Shown here one piece after another: positions 1-8,582 of a stretch of 37,752 bases of DNA. A program made the translations under genes and the position numbers. The notes under the pieces are model-generated. The model worked only from the letters and a program-made list of their open reading frames with translations, made no database searches and was not told the origin of the DNA. The stretch spans positions 1 to 37,752 of the forward strand of contig JAFVXT010000160.1 in assembly GCA_017501005.1 (NCBI GenBank). The letters are read 5' to 3'. Source of the DNA: Clostridia bacterium. GTDB taxonomy: Bacteria; Bacillota; Clostridia; Oscillospirales; CAG-272. Numbering within the stretch: the first letter of the stretch is position 1; the number at the start of each line of letters is the position of its first letter.

Positions 1-781
1 GCGGCTTCCACAAGGCAAAGATGACGATGGCAATGGCAAGCCAGCCGCGGTCACCAAAGCCGTTGTTGGTCCAAGCGCCTGTGGTATAATCCATCACGAA
101 ATAGAGTCCGCCAAGACCTGCGATCATACCGCCGATACAGGTGGAAACGTATTTATACTTGGTGACGTTGATGCCTGCGGCATCGGCGGTGGCGGGGTTT
201 TCACCGACCGCACGCAGATGCAGACCGACTCTTGTTTTCTTGAGAATGAAGCCTGCCACAAGCGCGCAGGCGATGGCGAGATACACCATAAAGCCGTGCG
301 AGAACAGGATCTCGCCGATCGGGCCGAGGCTCTCTGCAAAGGGCAAGGGGGTGCGGAACACCTTGGCGAAGCGCGTGAGCGAGACCGTGGGGATATCACT
401 GCCCGTCAGCTTGATGAGCGAGCCGCCGAAAAAGTTACCGAAGCCGACACCGAAGGTGGTGAGGGCAAGACCCGTGACGTTTTGATTGGCACGGAGAGTG
501 ACCGTCAAGAAGCAATAGAGCAGCGAAGCCAGCCCCGAGCCGATCAGGGAGCAGATCAGGGGAATGAGAATGGCAAAGAGGGGGGCAATATGGGTGGGGC
601 CGACCGCATCCTGATAGAGGAAGCCGCCGATGACGCCCGAGATCGCGCCGATATACATGATACCGGGGATACCGAGGTTCAGATTGCCCGATTTTTCGGT
701 GACGATCTCACCCGTGGCACCGAAAAGAAGCGGCGTACCGCCGATGATGGCGGAATGAATGAACGGAATGACAGGAAACAT
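1..781 (-). CDS. ABC transporter permease 2, nucleoside/sugar (Nup-like) family; runs off the window's left edge
   Basis: Not in the ORF track. ATG at 781 overlaps the upstream TGA (TGATG). Translates MFPVIPFIHSAIIGGTPLLFGATGEIVTEKSGNLNLGIPG...GLHLRAVGENPATADAAGINV, which are typical CUT2 permease motifs. Confidence 0.9.
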   Translation of the reverse strand, partial: MFPVIPFIHSAIIGGTPLLFGATGEIVTEKSGNLNLGIPGIMYIGAISGVIGGFLYQDAVGPTHIAPLFAILIPLICSLIGSGLASLLYCFLTVTLRANQNVTGLALTTFGVGFGNFFGGSLIKLTGSDIPTVSLTRFAKVFRTPLPFAESLGPIGEILFSHGFMVYLAIACALVAGFILKKTRVGLHLRAVGENPATADAAGINVTKYKYVSTCIGGMIAGLGGLYFVMDYTTGAWTNNGFGDRGWLAIAIVIFALWKP

Positions 782-1911
782 CACGCCACCTCCTTTGCTT
801 CGTCGGCAAGGTTCTTTTTCTTACGGTTGACATGTAACTGATAGTTGACAAAAAATTCGCATCCGATGATGAAGAAGAGAATGATACCCGTCAGGATATC
901 GGCAAAGGACGCGTTGAGACCGAAGACCGAGGAAACCTCCTCGGCACCGTGCGCCATGAAGATGATGAGCGCGGAGGTCAGCACCATCATAAAGGGATTG
1001 AAATGGGCAAGCCAGGACACCATAATCGCGGTGAAGCCGCGGCTGTCCGCGGTGCTCGTGGTGATACCGTGGTGCGTACCGCCAACCAGCAAAAAGCCGA
1101 CGAGCGCGCAGATCGCACCCGAGATGGCCATGGTGCGAAGCATGACCTTTTTGACGTTGATCCCGATATAGCGGGCGGTATTCTCACTTTCACCGACGAC
1201 CGAGATCTCATAGCCGTGCTTGGTATATTTGAGATAGATATAGATCACGACAGTCAGCACGGCCACAACGAGAATACTCAAAAAATAGGGGTGAATGATC
1301 TCGGGCAGCCAGCCGTGCGTCAGCTCGGTCGGGCCGATCGTGCTTTGTCCGCTCTTATCCGCCACGTTCAAAAAGAAGCGGACGAGCTGGATTGACACGT
1401 AGTTCATCATGAGTGTGAAAAGCGTTTCGTTCGTGCCGAAATGCGCCTTGAAGAAGGCGGGGAGCAAGCCCCAGACGGCACCTGCGATGAGTGCCGTGAC
1501 CAGCATGATGAGAATGAGCGCCCATCGGGGCACGCTATTGCCGATATAGAACATACAAACGGCGGTGGCAAGCGCACCGATGAGGATCTGTCCCTCGCCG
1601 CCGATGTTCCAGAAGCGCATTTTAAATGCGGTGGTGAGGGCAAGCGCAACGGCAAGCAGCATGGCGGTTTCGAGCAGGGTACGCCAGATACGCACCGACG
1701 TGCCGAACGCACCGTCGAAAATGGTGGCATAGACCGAGAAGGGGTTATCGCCCGTTACGAAAATGGTGATAACACCGCAGAAAAGGAGCGAAGCGAGAAT
1801 GGCGACCACGCGGATCAGAATTGCTTGGGAGAGAGGCAATGCCGCACGCTTGGTGATGTGAATAAGCGGCTCATGCGTTTTCTTTTCCTTGACTTTGACA
1901 TCATTTTTCAT
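781..1911 (-). CDS. ABC transporter permease 1, nucleoside/sugar family
   Basis: Hydrophobic 376 aa with WNIGGEGQ, NETLFTLMMNY and GYEISVVGESENTARYIGI motifs. Start overlaps the ATPase stop. Confidence 0.92.
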   Translation of the reverse strand: MKNDVKVKEKKTHEPLIHITKRAALPLSQAILIRVVAILASLLFCGVITIFVTGDNPFSVYATIFDGAFGTSVRIWRTLLETAMLLAVALALTTAFKMRFWNIGGEGQILIGALATAVCMFYIGNSVPRWALILIMLVTALIAGAVWGLLPAFFKAHFGTNETLFTLMMNYVSIQLVRFFLNVADKSGQSTIGPTELTHGWLPEIIHPYFLSILVVAVLTVVIYIYLKYTKHGYEISVVGESENTARYIGINVKKVMLRTMAISGAICALVGFLLVGGTHHGITTSTADSRGFTAIMVSWLAHFNPFMMVLTSALIIFMAHGAEEVSSVFGLNASFADILTGIILFFIIGCEFFVNYQLHVNRKKKNLADEAKEVA

Positions 1912-3443
1912 GCCTCTTCCCTCCTTTCGGTGGCGGTCATCAGATAGCCGACCTCTTCCTTGGTGGTCTTTCTTGCGTCAAGTGTACCCGTGATGACACC
2001 CGAGCCGATGACGAGGATTCTGTCGCAAAGCTCAAGCAATACGTCAAGGTCCTCACCGACGAAGATGACGGCAACGCCGCTTTCCTTTTGTCGGTTCAAA
2101 AGATGATAGATGGTGTAAGACGAGTTGATATCCAGGCCGCGCACGGGATAGGCGGCCATGAGCACGGTGGGGGCGGCGGCGATTTCACGGCCGACCAGCA
2201 CCTTTTGCACGTTACCGCCCGAAAGACGGCGCACGGGGGTGGTGGTGCCGGGGGTGACCACCTCAAGCTCGTCAATGATACGCTCGGCAAGCTCATGCGG
2301 CGGCTTACGGTCAACGAAGAAGGAATGGCCGACACGGTAGCTTCTGAGCATCATATTGTCGGTGATATCCATATTGCCGACAAGGCCCATGCCCAAGCGG
2401 TCCTCGGGCACGAAGGAAAGGCGCACGCCGAGATCGCGGATCTGCACGGGGGTTTTATCGCGCAGATTGACCTCTTCCCCGCCTGCCTTCGGATCGTAAT
2501 AGAGAATCTCGCCGTTCTCCAGCTTCTGCAAGCCCGCAATGGCCTCCAGCAGCTCACGCTGGCCGCTGCCAGCGATGCCCGCAATGCCGAGAATCTCGCC
2601 GCTTCTTGCTTCAAAGGACACGTTATCGAGCACCTTGACGCCCTCGCGGTTCACGCAATTGAGGCCGCGCACGACCAGACGGTCAAGAGGCTCCTTCGGT
2701 TCGCTTCTGGCGATATTGAGAGAAACCTTCTTACCGACCATCATTTCGGTCAGCGCACCTTCGTTCGTTTCGGCGGTATTCACCGTGGCGATATGTTCAC
2801 CGCGGCGCAAAACGGCCACGCGGTCGGAGATCGAAAGCACCTCGTGCATTTTATGTGTAATGATGATGATGGATTTTCCGTCGTCACGCATTTTACGCAG
2901 AACCGCAAACAGCTTTTGCGTTTCCTGCGGCGTTAAGACGGCGGTCGGCTCGTCGAGAATGAGGATCTCGGCACCGCGGTAAAGCACCTTGATGATTTCA
3001 ACAGTCTGCTTTTCCGAAACCGCCATATCGTAAATTTTCTTCTTTGGATCAAGCTCAAAGCCATAGCGCGCGGTGATTTCCGCGATGCGCTCGGTGGCAC
3101 GCTTGAGGTCGTATTTGCCGTCTTCAATGCCGAGCACGATATTTTCGGCGGCCGTAAAGACGTCGATCAGCTTGAAATGCTGATGGATCATACCGATGCC
3201 GTAAGAAAAGGCATCTTTCGGAGAGGCGATGGTGACGGGCGCGCCGTCAATGAAAATCTCGCCCTCGTCGGGAAAATAAATACCCGAGATCATATTCATA
3301 AGCGTTGTCTTGCCGCTTCCGTTTTCACCGAGAATGGCAAGAATTTCGCCGTGACGGACGTCAAGATCGACGTCACGGTTGGCAACCACCTCGCCGAAGC
3401 GCTTGGTGATGCCCTTGAGTTCAAGTGCGGGTACGTTTGACAC
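1908..3443 (-). CDS. ABC transporter ATP-binding protein with tandem ABC domains (CUT2 type)
   Basis: Walker A GENGSGKT, ILDEPT, second-domain LSGGNVQK. Start moved to GTG 3443, 7 nt after AAGGAGG. Confidence 0.93.
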   Translation of the reverse strand: MSNVPALELKGITKRFGEVVANRDVDLDVRHGEILAILGENGSGKTTLMNMISGIYFPDEGEIFIDGAPVTIASPKDAFSYGIGMIHQHFKLIDVFTAAENIVLGIEDGKYDLKRATERIAEITARYGFELDPKKKIYDMAVSEKQTVEIIKVLYRGAEILILDEPTAVLTPQETQKLFAVLRKMRDDGKSIIIITHKMHEVLSISDRVAVLRRGEHIATVNTAETNEGALTEMMVGKKVSLNIARSEPKEPLDRLVVRGLNCVNREGVKVLDNVSFEARSGEILGIAGIAGSGQRELLEAIAGLQKLENGEILYYDPKAGGEEVNLRDKTPVQIRDLGVRLSFVPEDRLGMGLVGNMDITDNMMLRSYRVGHSFFVDRKPPHELAERIIDELEVVTPGTTTPVRRLSGGNVQKVLVGREIAAAPTVLMAAYPVRGLDINSSYTIYHLLNRQKESGVAVIFVGEDLDVLLELCDRILVIGSGVITGTLDARKTTKEEVGYLMTATERREEA

Positions 3444-3492
3444 GGAACGTCCTCCTTCTGTGTCCTTCTCACAGGGATTCATACAATTTCAT

Positions 3493-3525
3493 AATGGGGT
3501 GTCGCGCAGAATGCGGCACCCCATT
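3493..3525 (-). promoter_or_regulatory. Intercistronic stem-loop between the binding-protein and ATPase genes, probably mRNA-stabilising or a partial terminator
   Basis: AATGGGGTGTCGC-N7-GCGGCACCCCATT, a 13-bp stem with one mismatch and no U-tract on the sense strand. Confidence 0.55.
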
Positions 3526-3560
3526 CGATGTGAAAAAATGTCGGTTTACTGAAAACGCAA

Positions 3561-4844
3561 TCAGCTCAACTCGGTGATACCGTCGATGCGGATATCGAAG
3601 TAAGGAGCCGAACGGTCGGAGCTTTCAGCGAAAGCGCCGTCCTTGATGGCTTCGGTTTCGGGAGCGAAATCGCCGAAATCGTCAACGTCTGTAAGGTAAG
3701 ATTCAACCTTCTTGCCGTTCACGGTGAAGGTATCGATATCGAAGACGTCAAGCTCGCCTGCCTGGATCTTGGTCACAAGCTCCTGGATCTTTTCGAAGGT
3801 ACCCTCTGCTGCAACGTCGAGGTTGATGGCAGAAAGAACGACAGAGCCTTCCTTGATACCGCCGCACCAGTCAACAGCAATTTCCTTGCCGGTCACAACC
3901 TGCTTCACAATGTAAACGTAGTAAGGCGTCCAGTTGATGGCAGAAGAAACGATGAAGGTTTCGGGGCAAGCGGCAACCGTGCTGCCGTTATAGGAAACGT
4001 TCGGAACACCTGCAACCTCGCATGCGTTCGGAGCGCCCATGGAGTCTGCGTGCTGGCTGATCAGAACGCACTTATCCTTGGTGATGAGAGCTTCTGCAGC
4101 GGATTTTTCTTCAGCTTCATTATACCAGGATTTGGTGTAACGAACCTTCATGGTAACCGAAGGACATACGGATCTTGCGCCGAGGAAGAAGGAAGTATAG
4201 CCCGATACAACCTCTGCATAGGGGAATGCGCCGACGTAACCGATCACAGCCTGTTCAGCGGTAATCTTGCCGTCCTTGATCATTTCGTTGAGCTTCATAC
4301 CTGCAGCAACACCTGCAAGGAAACGGCCCTGGTAAATGTCAGCAAAGGCGTTATGGAAGTTTTTAAGGCCTTCTTTTTCATCAGTATCGAGAGCTTCTGT
4401 ATGAGCCTTCGTACCGGTTGCATGGCAGAACTCTACGTTCGGAAATTCCTTTGCAACGGGAATGAGATAGCCCTCATGACCGAAGCTGTTGGCGAAGACG
4501 ATTGCGCAGCCCTGACCTGCGAGGTCGCGAGCAGCATCCGTGCAAGCGGGGCCTTCTTCAACGTTGGTCTTGATGATCACCTGCTCATCCTTCAAGCCGA
4601 GAGCGGTCTGCATTCTCTTCGCAGCATCGATGAAGTTCTTATCGTAGGTGGAGTTTTCATCATGCAGGCAGATAAAGCCGATCTTGAAGGTTTCGGGAAT
4701 CTCAAAATCGGTGTCGAGAGCGACTTCGCTGATCGGAAGTTCGCTGGTTTCTGCTTCCGAGCCATCGCCCGAGCAAGCGGTCATGGCGACTGCGCCCAAG
4801 CACATGAGTGCAGCCAGAAGCAATGCGGTCAGTTTCTTGAACAT
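3561..4844 (-). CDS. BMP-family ABC substrate-binding lipoprotein (purine/nucleoside-type)
   Basis: Signal peptide MFKKLTALLLAALMCLGAVAMTA-C with lipobox; NSFGHE, YLAG-like FLAGVAAG, and ISQHADS motifs. Start moved to ATG 4844 after GGAGG. Confidence 0.9.
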   Translation of the reverse strand: MFKKLTALLLAALMCLGAVAMTACSGDGSEAETSELPISEVALDTDFEIPETFKIGFICLHDENSTYDKNFIDAAKRMQTALGLKDEQVIIKTNVEEGPACTDAARDLAGQGCAIVFANSFGHEGYLIPVAKEFPNVEFCHATGTKAHTEALDTDEKEGLKNFHNAFADIYQGRFLAGVAAGMKLNEMIKDGKITAEQAVIGYVGAFPYAEVVSGYTSFFLGARSVCPSVTMKVRYTKSWYNEAEEKSAAEALITKDKCVLISQHADSMGAPNACEVAGVPNVSYNGSTVAACPETFIVSSAINWTPYYVYIVKQVVTGKEIAVDWCGGIKEGSVVLSAINLDVAAEGTFEKIQELVTKIQAGELDVFDIDTFTVNGKKVESYLTDVDDFGDFAPETEAIKDGAFAESSDRSAPYFDIRIDGITELS

Positions 4845-4911
4845 GGGTATTTTCCTCCGTTTTTTTAATTTTTCCTTTTGATCTATTACACGGCTGAGCC
4901 GATGCAAAACT

Positions 4912-4944
4912 GAAGTAAGAAGTAAAAAGTAAGAGGTAAGAGGT
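4912..4944. repeat. Heptamer tandem repeat (AARARGT) x4.7
   Basis: GAAGT AAGAAGT AAAAAGT AAGAGGT AAGAGGT, directly adjacent to a hairpin at 4945-4976. Confidence 0.7.
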
Positions 4945-4996
4945 GCGGTTGATTTTTGCCGTAGGCAAAAAACCGCGTAAATTTGATTACCTAATT

Positions 4997-5025
4997 ATTC
5001 TATCACAAGTTAATCACAAATGCAA
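4997..5025 (-). promoter_or_regulatory. sigmaA-type promoter for the ABC operon
   Basis: TTGCAT-17 bp-TAGAAT with an extended -10 TG. Confidence 0.7.
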
Positions 5026-5050
5026 GGGTTTTTCGCAAAAAAACGAATTT

Positions 5051-6013
5051 TCACGAAAAAAGCAAGCGTGCCGCATTGACAAAGAGGATCTTATCAAGCT
5101 CTTCTCCCGAAAGACCGAGCGACAGAAGAAGGGCACTCACCTCGCGCGCGCTCTTCCACGGATAATCCGAGCCGAAGAGGATCTTTTGCGCGCCGTGCGC
5201 ACGGATGATCGCACGGTAAGCTTCGCGCGTGGGCTCGCCGTCAAAAAGGCCGAGATAGGCGGTATCGAGCAGAATCGGCTTGCCGACGAGGTATTTCTGC
5301 ACATCCTCCCACATGCGAAAGCCGCCGAGATGCGCACAGATCAGCCGCTCGCCCGAAATATAGTCAAGGGCATGCGCGATCGATGCGGGTGCGCCGTGCA
5401 CGGGGGGCGGAAAGCCGATATCGCGCCCTGCGTGAATGACTGTATAAAGGCCGAGTGCTTCGGCTTTTTTGAGAATCGCGATCGCACGCGGCGAGGAAAT
5501 CTCGAAATGCTGAAATTCAGGGTGCAATTTGATGCCGCGAAAGCCGCGCTCGGCAATGCGCTCCAGCTGATCAAGCGCTTTTTCATCGTCGGGGTGCACC
5601 GAAGCGAAGGAAAGAAGCGTGCCGCCGCCGAGCGAATCGTAAAAGGCTTGCTCCGCTTGGCTCGGGCGGCAGAGCTCTCTTTTGACCGTCAGAGATTCCT
5701 CGGCGGCCGTATAGACTGCCGTCAGGCCGGCAAAGGCCCTTTGGCAAGCGGCGAGCTTCTCTCTGTTTTGCCGATTCAAGCGTTCGGCAAAGGAAAGAAT
5801 ACTATCAAATTGCGAGGGGCGCGTGACGATCGGCATAATGACCGAAAGCGGCACGCATTCCCGCGCCATCGCGGCGAGTATGCCCTCTTCTGTGGCCTCG
5901 CCGCGCGGCAAAAGCTCTCTTCCCTCCACGCGCTGCGTGCCCGCAACCAGAGAGGAGACGGCGCGCGAGGCGATCGCATCGGGAAAGAGGTGACTGTGGA
6001 AATCGATCAACAT
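5051..6013 (-). CDS. Amidohydrolase_2 family metal-dependent hydrolase
   Basis: IDFHSHLF (HxH), GIKLHPEFQ, IHAG, AHLGG and ILFGSDYPW motifs. AAGGA RBS. Confidence 0.88.
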   Translation of the reverse strand: MLIDFHSHLFPDAIASRAVSSLVAGTQRVEGRELLPRGEATEEGILAAMARECVPLSVIMPIVTRPSQFDSILSFAERLNRQNREKLAACQRAFAGLTAVYTAAEESLTVKRELCRPSQAEQAFYDSLGGGTLLSFASVHPDDEKALDQLERIAERGFRGIKLHPEFQHFEISSPRAIAILKKAEALGLYTVIHAGRDIGFPPPVHGAPASIAHALDYISGERLICAHLGGFRMWEDVQKYLVGKPILLDTAYLGLFDGEPTREAYRAIIRAHGAQKILFGSDYPWKSAREVSALLLSLGLSGEELDKILFVNAARLLFS

Positions 6014-6042
6014 AACGTTTTATTCCTTTTCGGGGTAGGCGA

Positions 6043-6210
6043 TCATGCGCCCTCGGTATGCGCCTTTCGGCGGCGGGCAGTAGCTGCCGCGTGTGCCGTG
6101 CCGTCCACGATCGGGCAAAGGTGATCTTTCTGTCTGCGATACGTGCGGCGGTTGAAATCGGCATGGAAGGGGGCGCAATCGTCTTCTGTGAAAAGTTTAT
6201 CCCATTTCAT
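6043..6210 (-). CDS. Possible 55-aa small protein, function unknown
   Basis: MKWDKLFTEDDCAPFHADFNRRTYRRQKDHLCPIVDGTAHAAATARRRKAHTEGA fills part of the 320-bp gap co-directionally with genome-like codons. RBS is weak. Confidence 0.3.
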   Translation of the reverse strand: MKWDKLFTEDDCAPFHADFNRRTYRRQKDHLCPIVDGTAHAAATARRRKAHTEGA

Positions 6211-6336
6211 CAGTCATATACCGCGCACGACGATGCCGTGCTATTTCTCGGAATGAAAGAAATTCAGAACCCTTTTCGAGAAAATGCCGCCTGCTCGGGC
6301 ATGATCTGCTCAAATATGATCACCTCTTATGATGAT

Positions 6337-7320
6337 TCACTGTTTTTCAAAAAGGCAATCGGTGTCGGCCACGAGCGCGTGCCCCGAAACGGTATAAGCC
6401 CCCGTGCCTGCAGGCACGAAGACGGCGCCAAAGCGCGGCACCTCCAATACCGTGCCGCCACCCGAAATCGTCAGATCGGAAAGGGCCAGCACGCAGCGGA
6501 AGTACTTCTCCGCCGCGTCACAAAAGAGCTCGTCCTCGGCAGTTATGCGCACGCGGAAGCGATTTGTATCGGCAAGTGTATCGGCCGACGGCTCCTCCTC
6601 TGCCGCTTCATAGCGCGCAAACGTAAGCTCCTCTTCCCCATAGGGGCGCAAAACGGCAAGGCCGTCCTGCAGATGTAACGCGCGCTTTTGTCCGTTTTTA
6701 TCCGTGCGGTCGTAATCGTAGATGCGGTAGGTCGTATCCGAATTTTGCTGAATCTCGGCCACGGTGATGCCGCCGCCGAGCGCATGCAGAAGGCCTGCGG
6801 GAATATAATAAAAATCCCCTTCGGCAATTTTTTCGGTATGCACGCCCTCAAGCGTGCGCCCCTCCTCCACCGCCTTTGCAAACAGGGGGGCGGTCATACC
6901 CTCCTTCATGCCGTAGATAATCTCGGCATGCTCCTCGGCGTGCAGAGTATACCACATTTCGCTTTTGCCGAGACTCCCCGCATGCTCTTTGGCATAGAGA
7001 TCATCGGGATGCACCTGCACGGAAAGGGGTAGATCGGCATCGAGGATCTTCAAAAGAAGCGGAAAGGGCTGATCAGGCGTATAGGTGGGCGCGACGGTAT
7101 CGCCGCCCTGCTCTTTGATATAGTCGGCAAGCGTTTGTGCGCTGCCCGCAATTTTCGTATTGACGTCATCGCGCACCGAGAGTGCCCACAGCTCGGCGAT
7201 GCGATGCTCTTTTTTTCCCTGCAAGCGCGAGATGCGCGTGCCGCCCCACAAGGCGTCGCGCTCCTCGCCAACGAGAAGAAGCGGACGGCGGTTGCCGTCC
7301 GCTTTTTGAAGGTTACGCAT
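6337..7320 (-). CDS. manA: Class I mannose-6-phosphate isomerase (cupin)
   Basis: [24 protein letters not shown] and [15 protein letters not shown] motifs. Likely start ATG 7320 overlaps the rhaA stop by 8 nt. Confidence 0.85.
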   Translation of the reverse strand: MRNLQKADGNRRPLLLVGEERDALWGGTRISRLQGKKEHRIAELWALSVRDDVNTKIAGSAQTLADYIKEQGGDTVAPTYTPDQPFPLLLKILDADLPLSVQVHPDDLYAKEHAGSLGKSEMWYTLHAEEHAEIIYGMKEGMTAPLFAKAVEEGRTLEGVHTEKIAEGDFYYIPAGLLHALGGGITVAEIQQNSDTTYRIYDYDRTDKNGQKRALHLQDGLAVLRPYGEEELTFARYEAAEEEPSADTLADTNRFRVRITAEDELFCDAAEKYFRCVLALSDLTISGGGTVLEVPRFGAVFVPAGTGAYTVSGHALVADTDCLFEKQ

Positions 7321-8557
7321 TTCGATTGGAGAGAACGTCGCGCTCGTAGCGACGCACCTCTGCAAGCCATCCCTCACGAACGGGCACATTCATGCGGCGG
7401 CAGTATTCATCGTAGACTGCGCCGAAGGGATAGGTTTTGTATTCCTCGACAAGGGCAAGGCGTGCGGTGAAGTCACCTGCAAGCTCGCTTTCCATGAGCG
7501 CCTTGGTGGGCTCAAGCATGGCGCGCAGAAGTGCCTTTTGCATATTGCGCGTGCCGATCACCCAAGCAGCAATGCGGTTGATCGAGGCATCGAAATAGTC
7601 AAGGCCGACGTGCGTGCGGTCAAGCAGATTCGTGCGAACCAGCGCGTGTGCGATGGCCTGCAGCTCGTCGTCCATGATGACGACGTGGTCGCTGTCCCAA
7701 CGGACGGGGCGGCTGACGTGCAGGGAAAGCTCCTTCGTGAAGAGCAAAACCGACGAGATCTTATCCGAGATAACCTCGGTCGGATGGAAGTGGCCGGAGT
7801 CGAGCGTATACGCGATATCGCGCGTGGCGGCATAGGCGAGGGCAAACTCATTCGATGCCACGGTATAGCTTTCGGCACCGATGCCGAACACCTTGCTTTC
7901 AAGGGCGTCGAGGTGCAAAGCGCGATCCTTCTTTTCGGCAAAGACTTGGTCAAGGGCGGCGGCCATGCGTGCGCGCGGGCCTTCGCGGTCAACGGGGATA
8001 TCCTTTGAGCCGTCGGGGAACCAGAAGTTGGTGAGCGACGGTGTGCCCGTGCGGCGGCCGAAGGCTTCGCTGACGTCGCGCGAGGTCTTGCAGTGCGCGA
8101 TCCAGAAATCACGAACGGCGGGATCGGCGGACGAAATGGTCATGCCGCTATCGGCCATGGGGTGTGAAAAGCAGGTGGGGTTATAGTCAAGACCGAGCTT
8201 CTTCTCTGCCGCCCAATCCATCCAAGTGGCGAAATGGCGAGGCGCAAGCTCGGGCAGATCGACCTCCTCGTCGGTATCTGCATAAATGGCGTGGAGACTC
8301 AAGCGGTGCTGACCGGGGATCAGGGAGAGTGCGAGATCAAGGTCGGCACGCAGCTCCTCTGCCGTGCGTGCGCGGCCGGGATAGTTGCCCGTGGTCTGAA
8401 TACCGCCCGAAAGCGCGCGGTTGAAGAGGAATCCCTTGACGTCGTCACCCTGCCAGCAATGAATCGAGATGGGGGCGCGTGCAAGGCGCGCGATGGCTTC
8501 TTCGGTATCCACACCGATCGAAGCATACATTTCTTTGGCAAGCTCGTAATTGTTCAT
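7313..8557 (-). CDS. rhaA: L-rhamnose isomerase
   Basis: [44 protein letters not shown] and [12 protein letters not shown] motifs. Confidence 0.96.
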   Translation of the reverse strand: MNNYELAKEMYASIGVDTEEAIARLARAPISIHCWQGDDVKGFLFNRALSGGIQTTGNYPGRARTAEELRADLDLALSLIPGQHRLSLHAIYADTDEEVDLPELAPRHFATWMDWAAEKKLGLDYNPTCFSHPMADSGMTISSADPAVRDFWIAHCKTSRDVSEAFGRRTGTPSLTNFWFPDGSKDIPVDREGPRARMAAALDQVFAEKKDRALHLDALESKVFGIGAESYTVASNEFALAYAATRDIAYTLDSGHFHPTEVISDKISSVLLFTKELSLHVSRPVRWDSDHVVIMDDELQAIAHALVRTNLLDRTHVGLDYFDASINRIAAWVIGTRNMQKALLRAMLEPTKALMESELAGDFTARLALVEEYKTYPFGAVYDEYCRRMNVPVREGWLAEVRRYERDVLSNRNA

Positions 8558-8582
8558 ATCTATGCTCCTTTACTGTATTAAT

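Noticed and set aside
4845-4990. Purine riboswitch upstream of the BMP gene
   Set aside because: The conserved UAUAAU...AUGG...GUUUCUACC...CCGUAAA...GACUA core is absent.
4943-6678. Plus-strand ORFs 4943-6124 and 6058-6678
   Set aside because: They lie antisense to the amidohydrolase and manA, have atypical composition and show no RBS.
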